A stretch of 62,448 nt of DNA, filler included, from Basidioascus undulatus (taxonomy: Eukaryota), in assembly GCA_000826855.1 (NCBI GenBank). It is 12 parts of 12 records of this genome, joined end to end, with 100 filler letters (N's around TTAATTAATTAA, not from the genome) between each part and the next. Parts side by side here need not be neighbours in the genome. Positions count along the whole stretch, not along the records: positions 1 to 24,274 come from JTLS01000243.1; 11 more parts are not named here. The stretch is one strand, 5' to 3'. A model generated the notes under the pieces. The model was given only the letters and a program-made list of their open reading frames with translations. It did not search any database and was not told the DNA's origin. The translations under genes were made by a program, and so were the position numbers. This document shows, piece by piece, positions 1 to 12,608 of this stretch. Positions within the stretch are counted from its first letter, which is position 1. Each line of letters begins with the position of its first letter.

Positions 1-63
1 GAGAAGGAGATGCTGGGTGAGCTGGGACTGGAGACTGATGATGGGTGTTCATTGGAATGATAG

Positions 64-1330
64 AGCACCGAGTGTTCATCGAGAAGGATGGCAAGGTGAG
101 TAGAGCGTCTTGCTCGCCTAGTCGTGGAGAGGGTGGACGCTGAAAACGCCCTTCCGGCCCCGCCAGGTCATCTCGCCCTTCCACGACATCCCGCTCTTCG
201 CCAACGAGCACCGCACCGTCCTCAACATGATCGTTGAGGTTCCCCGCTGGTGCGTCTCTGCTTTTCCTTCTTCGGAGCAGCCGGGCACAGCGACATCTGA
301 TCTGACCCCTGGTCCTACTTGCCTGCAGGACCAACGCCAAGCTCGAGATCTCTAAGGAGGAGTCGTTCAACCCGATCAAGCAGGACATCAAGAAGGGCAA
401 GCTCCGCTTCGTCCGCAACTGCTTCCCGCACAAGGGCTACATCTGGGCGCGTTCCTTGTCCCATGCCTTGCTTTCCCGGCATCTTCCCGCTGACGCAACC
501 CTCGGGCGCGCTCTCCAGAATTACGGTGCCTTCCCGCAGACGTGGGAGGACCCGAACGCGACGCACGCCGAGACCAAGGCCAAGGGCGACAACGACCCGC
601 TGGACGTGTGCGAGATCGGCGAGGCCGTCGGCTACCCGGGCCAGGTCAAGCAGGTCAAGGTGCTCGGCATCATGGCGCTCCTCGACGAGGGCGAGACCGA
701 CTGGAAGGTCATCGTCGTCGACGTTAACGACCCCCTCGCCCCCAAGCTCAACGACATCGAGGACGTCGAGCGTCACCTCCCCGGCCTCATCCGCGCCACT
801 AACGAGTGGTTCCGCATCTACAAGGTGGGCGATCGGTTTCCTTCACTCTGTCACCCTTTTTCCCCAGTCCTCGCTGCTTGCCTCCCTTTTTTGGTCTGGG
901 ACTGAGCAACGTTTTGCGACCCCAGATCCCCGACGGAAAGCCGGAGAACCACTTCGCGTTCTCGGGCGAGGCCAAGAACAAGAAGTACGCGACCGAGATC
1001 ATCCACGAGACCGCCGAGGCCTGGCGCAAGCTCGTCAATGGCGAGACCCCTGCCGGCGGCATCTCGATGTGCGTCTTCCTTCTTCCCCATCCCTCCTCCC
1101 ACCTTCCCCCTTTTCTCTCCCTCTCTCCTCTCGCCTTCTTCCGCTCTTCCGCACGTGTACTGAAGATTTGGCCCGTTCTCAGCGCTAACTCGACCGTCGA
1201 GGGCTCCGCCGGCAAGGTCGGCCCGAACGACGAGGCGTACGCCAAGCTGCCGCAGGACTCGCGCCAGCCGCCCGCGCCCATCGACGCCTCCATCGACAAG
1301 TGGTTCTTCATTTCCTCCGCCGCCGCCTAA
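64..1330 (+). CDS. IPP1: Soluble inorganic pyrophosphatase, 5'-truncated by the window edge; exons 64-95, 167-249, 329-446, 519-824, 926-1068, 1183-1330
   Basis: Spliced translation gives [80 protein letters not shown] and IDKWFFIS*, all family I PPase motifs. Confidence 0.96.
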
Positions 1331-1848
1331 GACACTTTTCTATCGCTCAGGACTCGCGCGCCTGTACTTCCTTTGGTGGATGGTTCGTTCGATGTCGGAA
1401 GGAGTGAAGGACGGGAAAGGCAATTAGAACGATTTGAGTGTGAGGAGCTGCGTATGCGCGTCAGGAGAGCTGCTGCTGATTCGCGTGGTGATTGCTCTGC
1501 GAAGTTCAATGCCTCGAGGGTCCGCTCGGTTCCCCGCAAGAGAGTGTCTCCATAAGGGAGCATGCTCACTGGGGACAAGGGGTATGCAGACCTAACGCAG
1601 TTGCTCAGCGACCCGAGTTACATCTGATGTGTCTGGCTACGTATTCGAACGTCAGATGCGAGAGAGAAGGCACCCAGGCAGACATGGACATGGCCAGTGG
1701 AAATCGGTTGAAGCGACCTCGCCCTCGCCCCTGGAAGGTGACTGAAAGACTTCTGCGAAGGGAAACGAGCTTTCGCATGCATGCGACGAGGGTGAATATG
1801 GTTTGGAAATCGATTTATATGCAAAAGTACCATTGGTAAACAGCACGT

Positions 1849-1932
1849 GGGCATATGGTGTAGTGGCTTATCACGCCTTCTTAGCATTAAGCTGAGTGGA
1901 GGAGGTCTCCGGTTCAATTCCGGATATGTCCA
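1849..1932 (+). tRNA. tRNA-Ala(AGC) with ~10-nt intron
   Basis: Acceptor stem GGGCATA/TATGTCC, anticodon arm CCTTC-TT AGC A|intron|T-GGAGG, T arm TCCGG-TTCAATT-CCGGA, followed by a T-rich Pol III terminator. Confidence 0.93.
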
Positions 1933-2166
1933 TTTCTTTTGCTATTTTTTGTTTCCGGCAAATACACCGAGCTGCTAAATCCCCTTTTGCATACCGATCA
2001 GCGGCGAACGCCGGCAGAGCAGTAAGGTCGAGGTGAAGGCACCCGACGCAGCGGCTTCCTGTCTGCCTGTGGGGCGCGTTCTCAGTCTTCTCGTCTTCTC
2101 TCTTCTTCTTCCTGGATCTCCCTCGAAAACCTGACTCTTTCCCCATCCCATCCTCACTAACCCACC

Positions 2167-3738
2167 ATGCTCATCGCCATCGTCGGCTTGCCGCTATCAG
2201 GCAAGCAAACCATCGCATCGCACCTCGTGCGGACTCGAAACTTCACGCAACTCTACCTCGATCCGTCCTCGTCCGCTCCGTCTTCGTCGTCCCTCACCGA
2301 CGTGCCGACCACCTTCGAGTCTTCGTCCAAGCTGCTCTCATTCGTGACGAAGAACTGGCGCTCGCCGTTCGTCACGGTCAATGTGGACGAGCGGCTCGCG
2401 GAGGACGAGCTCGACGCGATCTGGAAGAGGCCGTTCGTCCTCCTCGTCGCGGTCGACGCGCCGCTCATGACGCGGTTCGCCCGAGCACAAGCACAGTGCG
2501 CATCGTTCTCATCCAGCACTCACGGATAGAGCTGACCTCGAGCCTCCTGGCAGAGCGGCCTCGACAGGTCTCCCCTCGCCCTCTCTCGAATCGTTCGCTA
2601 CGGAGACCGACGAGGCGCTGTACGGCGGTGACGCCTCGTCCTCGGATGGCAATCGGAGACAGCCGCTAAGGTTGCTCCTCAAGCGCGGGCACCTCACCGT
2701 TTCCAACACGTACACCTCCATACCGCCGCTCCTCGCGAAGCTGGATGAGCTGGACTTTACGGATGGGGAGCGGCTGAGACCTTGCTGGTGAGCTCTGCGG
2801 TCCGAGCGCAGACCATGGGCGCATTTTCTTACCTATAGTTCCTTCCTTAAACAGGGATAACTACTTCATGGTACGAGGTGGGAAGAGGCGCTGGAACAGA
2901 ACTGACCCCAGTGATCCACGTTGGGGTACAGCAACTCGCTGACCTGGCATCCATGCGGTCCAACTGCATGAAGCGCCGCGTAGGCGCCGTGTTGACACAG
3001 AACAACCGCATCCTTGCGACAGGCTGTGCGTTTCCAGCATTATGCCTTTCCTCCGGTCGTCACGCTCACAGTCCGCCGCCCTAACTCGTACATCGTCTTC
3101 CCCTTCTGCCTCTCGCGCCATCTCTCGCTGTTCAACCCTCTAATTCGGCCCCGTTACCTCGCACTTTCGATCAATCTCACCATCTCCTCTCTTTCAATGG
3201 TCGTCTGGGCCACCTCACGCTTCTCCACCGCATCAATATCGTCTCCTTCAACTATTCCGCACTTTTCTCGCTATCGCCCTTCGCACCGCACACCATCTTC
3301 TTCACGTTCGATCCCACCAACTCTTCAGACAATGGCACGCCCCGTGGCCTGACGAACTGCGCAGAAGGCGGCTGCGCGCGGTGCAACTCCGGCATCGCCT
3401 CGGGTCTAAGCATGTCCAACTGCCTCTGCCTGCACGCAGAGGAGAACGCGCTTCTCGAAGCCGGGCGGGGCCGGATCGTCGGCGACGGGGTGATCCTGTA
3501 CTGCAACACGTGAGTTTCCTTTCACCTCCCTGTGCAGCTTGTCCGACAGTCTGACACGCGCATGGGCACGCGCAGGTGTCCTTGCCTCAGCTGCGCCATC
3601 AAGATCATCCAGACCGGCGTGGACGAGGTCGTCTATAACCTCGACTACAGCATGGACGCCGAGAGCGCGCGGATATTCCGCGAGGCAGGGGTGAAGCTCA
3701 GGAGGTACAGGCCCAGGGCATCGGGGATGGATGCATAG
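2167..3738 (+). CDS. DCD1: dCMP deaminase (multi-exon, includes 16-nt exon 2855-2870)
   Basis: RPCWDNYFM, SNCMKRRVGAV, GYNGTPRG, CLHAEENAL and CPCLSCAIKI (HAE plus PCxxC zinc motifs) after splicing GT-AG introns. Confidence 0.94.
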
Positions 3739-4033
3739 CGTGCATGCTGTGCAGCATTTGGTGGACTGGTACGCATGCCCTCGGGCCGCTGGGTTACGGT
3801 GCAGCAAGGACTACTCGCACTTCTGCCGGAAACTGCGTCTGATACTGATTGTTTGGAGAAATTGCTCGAACTCCGCTGTAGTAATCCGTGTTACTTCTGG
3901 CCGGCATAAGGAGCAACGACAGTACCAGGTGTGTGAGTACCTTTGGCATGAAAGTTCTCAATCTGTTGGTGTGCTGCACAGATTGAAGGAGCGGTTTTCG
4001 CAATTATACACAATTACAAACAGTGGCGATACA

Positions 4034-6594
4034 TCAATCCTTCTGACCCCCCACAACAGCCTCCTGCATCTCCACTTGCGCCCGTTCCTCTTCCTCCATC
4101 GGAGAAGCTTCCGGAACGGTGCGGACAACAAGCCACGTCGGAATGATGCAGGCAATGAGAAGGCCAAAATTGATGCCGCTGTTGAACTCGGGTGTGAGCG
4201 CAATGTAGAAACAGTTACTGTCACGTTAAAGGCACTCACAAGCCCACGAATCCGTCGTGGCCACTGGCGTTGATGCCAAAGCTTACGGCCTGGCCTATGG
4301 CTTCGATGGAACGAAAAACACCCCCGTTGCGGGCGTTCGACTGTACGTCGGTGGCAACTATACGATGGGGACGGAGTGTTCGTGAGCTCACTGCACGCGG
4401 CGTGGGTGGAGCGTGATTCAATGCTTACAGCTTGAAAGCAGCCTGCCAAAATGATGGTGAGTTGGGCGTTGTCCAGCGACAATACTAACAAAGGAGACGC
4501 CAAAGAACTTCGCACCAGTACATGTACTGTTGATACACGAAAGCAGCAGAATCAGCAAGCGGTTGGCGGTCTGGTCAAACGAAAGGAAGGAAGTAGCTTA
4601 CGTTCTGCCCCATCGGCCCGAACCTGTAAATAGTCGTGCATCAGTCACAATTTAATCCACATTGAGGGAGAGCACGGCCTTACGTCTGGATCAAAAAGTA
4701 CGGCATGAACGCGCGAGCCCAGCCATTATCCGTCCTGCAACACGGGACAAGCCGGCGTCAGCGAAGCCCGGAAAGTGGATCGTGATGGTTCATACAAGTC
4801 CAGAAATCCAGGGTCTTCCTTGTTGAAGCCGGCTTGGACCACGAATGTGTAGATGTAGGTGCCGAGCGCCGACAGGACGATGATCGCGAACCCCAGCTTC
4901 GCGCGCTGCGGCTGGCTCAGCTTCGGGTGGTCGAGGACCCAGCCGAGGGTGAAACACCCGCTGGTAATTGTATGAATGAAATGTGAGGCTCTGGATCCAT
5001 CACTGAAAGTAACGAAAAGAAAGGCATCACACATGATGCAAAATGCAGGGGAGATGAGGCTGGACAGCGCTCGCGCTCGCAACGAGAAGTACAGCGAGAG
5101 ATAGGTTCCATAAACCTGCAGTCGTGTATCTTTCATTAGTCTCGCTATAATCATTTGACTGGTAAGACTTACGCTGATGTAGAAGAATGAGTAGAAGAAG
5201 TAGATGGCCAGGAGGAGGGTCTTTACACGGAGGGTGGCGTGCCATCAGCTTCGAAAAACATCGAAACACGCATATGCCTTCAACTCACCCGCTTGGTGGC
5301 TGCGGCTTTCCAAAAAAGCTTCATCTCCTCTCTGAGCGTCCTGGGAGGAGCCACGTTAATCTTGGAACCGTCGCTACGTCGGACCTTGTCCGGCGCAGAG
5401 AACAAGAAGCCGGCAGGGAAGCCTGACAAAATCTCTTCAGCATACGAGACTTGCCAACTGTCTGGAGTGTGGCTCAGATAAAGTACCAAGGCACTCGATA
5501 GCCACGAAGATCAGATAAGTGGACGCCGCGATACCGCCAGTGGTGGAGGAGTTGACGCTGAAAGGCACAGGTCGTTAGGGCGGGACTAGCGAACGTATCG
5601 TGAAGTGTACCCACTTGGTAGAAAGGTTGATCGCGCCCCCCACCAGCTGTCCCAAGTTTCGAGAGACAATCCACAAGGACAGGTAGCTGTCGGGCAGAGC
5701 GAGTGGATGAGCATAGGTTGGACGAATGCAAAGAGAAGCGTTGTACCGTCCGCGCTTGTTCTGCTCCGGGTAGGACAGGATGATGCCGGCCTCGGAAACA
5801 TCTGAGGAATTTTTAGCCCATAGTCAAGATTTGGATCTGCATCCACTTAGAGACTCACACCACAGCCCGTATCCAATCCCCGACAGCGCAGATCCGAGAA
5901 CTGTCCGCCGCGATCAGCACGCAAACGATCCGGATCGACAACGCAGAACGTACTCAAGTACCACTGGATGCTGTACTTCGAATTGACATAGAGGGATGAA
6001 CCATCAAATGGAAAAGTAGCAGCGCCGATCAGAAGTGTCGTCTTGAGGCCCAGGCGGCCGACAATCGGTCCACCGAAAAAGCTGTTTAACATGGTTGTCG
6101 TTAGCGCACCTTCCACAAGAAAGCTTCAGGCAAGGCAATTTACCAGAAAAGTGCCATCATCGCGTAGCTAGCCGCACTTGCGGCATCTATTGGCAAGTCG
6201 TGTGAGCACTGCTTGTCATTCTATGAAAGGGAGAGCTCCACTGACTGGCTGTGTACGGTGTAGCGAGACTATGGGATACGGGGTCAGAATAATATTGCTC
6301 CCGCTTTGAAGCTCCTTCCTTGTACTCACCCACCACCACCCAGCCCAGCGATCGCTGCAAGTGCATCTGTCAGGACCTGACCCCCGATCTCCGACGCCTC
6401 GAAGACATACCATCGCTCATGGCTGGGCCCGCGAACGCGAGCATGCCTACAACAAGCATTTGGAAAAATGTGCTTCGATAAAATGCCTGTAGTCGCCCGA
6501 CAGGCTTGTCTGCCTCGGGCAGGCCCGCTTCAAGAATGTTGAGATCGACGTCGGATGGCTTGGATTTGGCATCGAGGGATGGTCGTGAGGACAT
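4034..6594 (-). CDS. UNC-93-like (DUF895) MFS transporter, many short exons, apparently intact copy 1
   Basis: FYRSTFFQMLVVGMLAFAGPAMSDAIAGLGGGGLATPY, FFGGPIVGRLGLKTTLLIGA, PDKVRRSDGSKI and GWARAFMPYF segments, several hydrophobic helices, TGA at 4036-4034. Not every exon junction was verified. Confidence 0.82.
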
Positions 6595-7713
6595 TGCGGT
6601 GTACTGACGAGATGGGGTGCTGAGGAGGATAGCAGGGACTGGAAAGGGCTTGATCGTCTACACGTTAAGGCACTTTATGAGAGCGGGCCTTATCCGGTCA
6701 CCTGTGTGGCAGCGGCGTCCCCCGGGAATCGACTGTATCTCACGAACCGTCGCCATCCAGGTGGGCACAGCCTATCACCAGGTGACCCATTGACGAATAT
6801 TTTTAGCTTGGCCAAGAGCCACATAGAGTTGTTTAACCGGCGGCAAAGAGATCAGTACCAACGTCCATGCGAGAGAGTGCGCAGGTAATTAGCCGCTTGT
6901 CCTTATCGCTCTTGACGTCTCCCGTGGGTTCCCTCGCATGGCGAATGAAGTTTGACTCTTGAATCGCTCACCTGCGCGGCAATGTCCATTATTTGATAGT
7001 GGTGTCGTCAAATGTTATGAGATCCCCTTGCTTTAGGGAAAGCGGACCGTCGATCCATGCGGCCGTGATACGCTCCATTGGTAGCCGACTCAAATGCCAA
7101 CGCAGAGCTGGCCTTCTAGTCCTTCTTGTATATCGAATGGGTTGTGAGATGCTGTGTCTTATTTCAAACTGTCACGATAGCCAGTAGCACCTCTAGATTA
7201 CGCAGTACAGGTCATTGAGATGATTTCCTCCAGCCAACAGCTCACACGCAGCACAGCAAGGCGCCTGTCGGAATTTCTTTCACTTGGTCCTCCACAACCC
7301 GCTATGCATCCACCTCTTAAACCCTCAATGTATCCGCCACTATTGCCTTAGCCTTATTATCTTCTGCCCGTACCGCACCCTGCCCGTTTGCTCCAAACGT
7401 CAACTTATGCCGTAGCAAAACCCCAAACGCTTCACCCGTTTCAATCCTTCGTCCTGCGGGCTTTCAGCATTTCGATCGTAGCTAGCTATGTAAATAAGTA
7501 GGGAGGGGCGGAAGGAGGTTGTATATGCGCAGGCATTTAGAACAATTGAAGTCTGCCGTTGCGCTAATTACAGAATACAAGATGCAAAACCAGCGGAATA
7601 TTGTACGCAGGGAAGAACAGGCGCGGATATTAAGGAGACCGGACCGTTGTTGGTCTGCTAGGCATGAATCAAGCAGTTGAAAGCCAGTTATCATGAAAGA
7701 AATACAAAGCGTG

Positions 7714-10118
7714 TCAGGCCTTCTGACCCCTCCACGACAGCCTCCTGCATCTCGACCTGCACCCGTTCCTCTTCCTCCTTAGGCGAAGCTTCGGGGAAGG
7801 TAGGGACGACAAGCAACGTTGGAATGATGCACGCGATGAAGAGCCCGAAGTCTTTCCCGCTGTTGAACCAGGGTTTGTCAGTTGCAAGATAGAAACAGCT
7901 GCAGCGACGTCAAGCGCTACTCACAAGCCCACAAATCCATTGTGGGCGCTGGCATTAACGCCAAAACTGACGGCGTGGCCGATGGCTTTGATGGAGCGAA
8001 AAACATCCCCGTTGCGGGCGTTCGACTGTACATCGGTGGCAATTGGAAGTTGGGAACAGAGTGTTTTGTAAGCTTGCTGCACGCTGGTTGGGGAGTAGCG
8101 ACAGTACTTACAGCTCGTAAGCAACCTGCTGAGCTGATGGTCAATTGAACGTTGTTGAGCCTTTGAACACCATGAAGAGAAGAGAAGAGTGCTTACCAGT
8201 ACATGTACTGTCGATGCATCAAAACAGCGCAAGTCAGCCAGCGAACGGTTGGCGCTGTGGTCGAACGAAGGAAATAAGCTTACGTTCTGCCGCATTGACC
8301 GGACCTGTGAATATTTCGGATAAGTTACAATCCGAATTCCTATTCTTGAAGAGGAGCAGCTTACGTCTGAATCAGAAAGTACGGCATGAACGCGCGAGCC
8401 CAGCCCTTATCAGTCCTGCGATACGGGGCAAGTCAGTGTAAGGGAAGCCCAGCAAGTGGATCGTGATCGTTCGTACCAGTCAAGAGGTCAGGGTCTTGCT
8501 TGTCGAATGTGTAGATGTAGGTAGCGAGCGCCGAAAGGACGATGATCGCCAAACCCAGCTTCGCGCGCTGCGTCTGGCTCAGCTTCGGGTGGTCAAGGAC
8601 CCAGCCGAGCGCGAAGCACCAGCTGAGAAAATTATGAATTGTGGGATGCCTTTCTAACAGAATCTGAAGCGAAAGGAAGAGGAGACTCCACGTACACCCA
8701 TGTAAAAGGCAGGGGAGACGAGACTGGAAAGCCCTCGCGCTCGCACGAGAAGTACAGCCTGAGGTAAGTTCCGTAGACCTGCGTCGGGGATACTTTCATT
8801 AGTCCAGTGTAGTCTTTGTAGTGGGAATTCCTACACTGATATAGAAGAATGAGTAGAAGAAGTAGAAGAGCCGGAGAAGTCTCCACACGAAGTAACGTGT
8901 CGTCAGCATTACAACGCGTCAAAACCAATTTCTGCCTGGGAACGCACTCGCTTGTTGAAGCAGCTTCATCTCTTCTCTAACTTGCTTCCGGGGAGCTAGG
9001 CTGATTTTGAACCCGTCGCTGCGGCGAACCTTGTCTGGCGGCGAGAATAGGAAGCCTGAAAGTACCTCCTCAGCAAACAAGAACCGCCAAACGGTAACCT
9101 CGAATACCCACCAAGGCACTCGATAGCCATGAAGATCAAATAGATAAACGCCGCAATACCGCCAGCGGTAGAAGAATTGAAGCTGCAAAGCACAGGTTGT
9201 CAGGGCGAGACTGACGGACATGTTGTAAAGTGTACGTTAATTGCCCCGCCGACCAGCTGTCCCAAGTCTCTCCCAAGTTAAGGGAAACAATCCACAAGGA
9301 CAGGTAGCTGGAAAGCAGCGCATTTAGATAAGCAGTAGTTGGACTATTGAAAAGACCACCGAGAAGTGTAGTACCGTCCACATTTGTTCTGCTCCTGGTA
9401 GGAAAGGATGATGCCGCCCTCCGCGACATCTGGGGATCGCTCTAAGGACGAACCAAAATGTAGGGTCCAGGGAGGAAAGACTCACACCGCAATGCGCTGC
9501 CAATCCCGGCGAGTGCAGGTCCAAGAACTGCTGGTAGCGATCAGCAACCAAATCTTTCAGAACAGAAGCGAATAAAAACTTACTCAGGTACCATTGGATG
9601 CCTTCCTTTGAGTTCACATAGAGAGATGATCCGTTGAGTGGGAAAGTAGCCGCGCCGATCAGAAGCGTCGTCTTGAGGCCCAGGCGGCCGACAATCGGTC
9701 CACCCAAGAAGCTGGTTCACGATGATCATCGTCAGTTTGTCTTCCCTAAGAGAAGCTCCTTGTGTTTAAAGTTCTAACATTCCAGGTCACAGCCATCTTC
9801 ACAGAACTCACAGCATGTGCAGCGTCTGTTTGGCCGGCTGCGTGAGTCCTTCCCGTCGCTCAATGGGACAGCGGAAGGGGGCGGCCCACTGACTGGCTTG
9901 TGTACGGCGTGGCAAGTCGGGGATTTCGTGTAAGAATAATATTTACCAACTACACGGATATTTATTTTTGTACTTACCCACCACCACCCAGAATCGCTGC
10001 AGGCGTGTCTGTCAGGACTGGGCCCCTTGTCCCCAAGCATCTCGAAGACGCACCACCATCGCCCATGGCTGGGCCTGTGAAAGCCAAAGGCAGCAGCAGT
10101 GCCCCGTGGGAGTGACAT
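7714..10118 (-). pseudogene. Degenerate copy 2 of the UNC-93-like transporter
   Basis: Colinear with copy 1 but lacks most of exon 1. Near 8477-8505 it has an 18-nt deletion plus a 1-nt deletion (GACCCTGACCTCTTGACTG versus GACCCTGGATTTCTGGACTT) that shifts the frame. Confidence 0.82.
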
Positions 10119-11281
10119 GAGTGACGTCGGTGTACGAGGAGAAGACCGCGAATTTAGATGCAATGTGCGAAAGTTATTGCGTGTTTTTATGCAATGTTAC
10201 CCAGTGCAATCACCTTATGCATTGTCAGATCACGCAAAATCACGCACCGTCTCCATCAGCTTGTCTCCATGCAGGTGGACACAGCCAATCACTACGCGTC
10301 ACCGAAGCGTATGGTTGGAGTCTCCAAGAGGTTGTAAATACTTATAACCAGCGATGAGGCCATTATCAACGTTCTGCGCGATGGACACGCAGGTAATTAG
10401 CCGTGGGTCGTTAACTCTCTTGCCGTCTTGCCTGCAGTTGCCATGAGATGCCTCGAGCTCGCCACCATCAGCAGTTGACCCACGGCAAATGAAGTTCGAA
10501 TCTTCAATTGCTAAGGAGTTTGACGATATCTGGCTTTGATGGCGTTATGTTATCTGTTGCTTAGTGATCTCATTGATTCATGGAAAGCGGACTGTCGCTT
10601 GCGGGGACGGCTGCGACGTTCGGCAGTGTTACAAGTCCGTCCGACTGAAATGCAATGCAGACGGGCTTTCGAGTCATGTCGAGCAAACAGGACGGAGGTG
10701 TTGTAACACCTTTGAAACACGCGATGAATGTCATCGATATGTCTTCTCTTCACCCAGCGGCACAATCAGTAACAAAACAGAGCAAGATCCTGCGGTGGGG
10801 ATGCGTCCAGTGCCCAGAAGCCTGCCCTCCTCCACCGGCCTCTCTTTCGACTCTGAAGGTAGCGGCTAGGTCTGCCTGGCTTTCATCCTCGGTGGGCTCT
10901 GCTCCTGCGTCCCTTGCTTTACACGCTAAGCTCGTGCGCAGCTCACACCCGTTTCAGTCGCTTCGTTCTGCGAGGCTTTCAGCATTTCGATCGTAACTAG
11001 CGGAGGGAGGGGTGTAAAGACGTACGCGGGAGGGCAGTAAAGGTAATACAGACGTAGATGCGTGTACGTATGCGCAGTGCGTGACGAAGGGAGCCCCAAG
11101 AAAGAAAGAGGGGAAGGGGAGACTAGTCGCTGCGGTGACGGGCGAGACGTGTGGAGGAAGGGATGAGGCAGTGGTGCAGGAAGAGGGGAATCTATGGATG
11201 CACGGGATGGACGTGGGATGCGATGAAGTGCGACGGTGCGTGTAGAAATGATGAAAAAAAAGGGCCCGGCGAGATAGAAGA

Positions 11282-12608
11282 TCACGCCATGACGCTGTGC
11301 AACACGAGACGTGTGTTCAGCCTTCCGATGGGGACGGAAGGAAGGCGCGTTGAGGATGAAGGGAGAAAGGGAAATAACGTACTTGTCGAACGACACGCCC
11401 TTCACCGATCCGCCCTTCATCGACTGCTTTACCCACAGCTTGAACTGATTCCGGTCCTGGATGAGGTCCTTCGCGGCGTCTGCCATCGGAAACCACGGAG
11501 AGCCGATCGAAAGAGCGAGAGGGAGGATCGTCGGTCGACATAAAGTGCGAGAATGAGAAGAGCCGAGCGATCATTGAGAAGTGCGGATAGCCCAACGTTT
11601 CAAGTCGATGCGAGTCCGAGATAGAGTCGGACGGGTTTGAAAAGTAACAAATGGTACGAGTAGGTAAGTTGATGGAACGTAAGTCGAGCGAGGCGGAAGA
11701 GGAAGTGGGAGAGGTCGAGGAGAGAGGGGTGAGGGAAGGGAAATATGAGGAAGAGGATATCGTCAGCTCGCTTTTCCGGTCACAGTCGAAACCAAGTTTG
11801 TATTTCTTTTTCTCCCATCCCTCCTAGGAACCAGCACGCAACCCCCGCCTTCCAGCACAGCCTCGGAACCTGACGAGCGCACTCACCCTTGTTGAGTGGG
11901 TCGTCCGCGTTCGGCTCGAGGAAGAGGTATTGCAAGCCGACGACAACGGCGTTGAGGTTGAGAACGGGCTTCCAATCCTCGCGGAGGATGTTGAGGCAGA
12001 CGTTTCCCTCGAGGTCGACGTTCGGGTGGTAGATCTGGCGGGGCGGCGCTGCTGACGTCAATGACGCGCCGGAACAGGGAGGGGAGGCAAGAGTGGTGAA
12101 AAGCGCACCTTCTGCACACACTTGACTTTAGGCGCCTCGTGCGGGTAGTTGTTGCTGATGGCAAAGGTGAACTTAAACGCGCCGCCCTTGTACATGCCTG
12201 CGCGGCCCGGCAGCACCGTCAGCCTCCATACGCTGCTAACGCAGCCCGGCTTAGGAAGAGTGCACCCTCGTCAGGCTTGATGACGAGCTCAAAGTTAAGA
12301 AGGTCGTTCGGTTCGGGGAAGTGCGTCTTCATCGTCGAGGGGAGCTCCAGCTCGGTGATGTCTGCCGGGTGCCTCCCAGCGTTCAGCTCTTCGTTTCAGG
12401 CATAGCGCAAGAATCAGACCCGGATAAGACAGGAACGCACCCTTCTGCACCCGCAACTGCGCCGCGCTCGTCTTGGGCTTCTTCTTCGCCGCGGAGTCCG
12501 CATCTTTCTTCATGTTCCAGATCTAAGCAGCCCCTCCGCCTCCAGTTCAGCTGCCTGGCCAGGCCTGCGTGACTCGTAGGCGATCGATATCCTGCGGACC
12601 TTGATCAT
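11282..12608 (-). CDS. UBC12: NEDD8-conjugating E2 enzyme Ubc12
   Basis: [64 protein letters not shown] and [21 protein letters not shown] introns. Confidence 0.95.

Larger units (their letters stand above)
4034..11001. repeat. Diverged direct tandem duplication (~4034-7487 and ~7714-11001) covering the transporter and its upstream region
   Basis: Matching blocks in the same orientation: coding exons, GCAGGTAATTAGCCG near 6881 and 10389, and CACCCGTTTCA...GCTTTCAGCATTTCGATCGTA near 7433 and 10947. Confidence 0.88.

Noticed and set aside
319..1188. 289-aa ORF and the many other long Arg/Pro/Ser-rich ORFs in the track
   Set aside because: Alternative-frame or antisense shadows of GC3-rich genes; no independent family signal.
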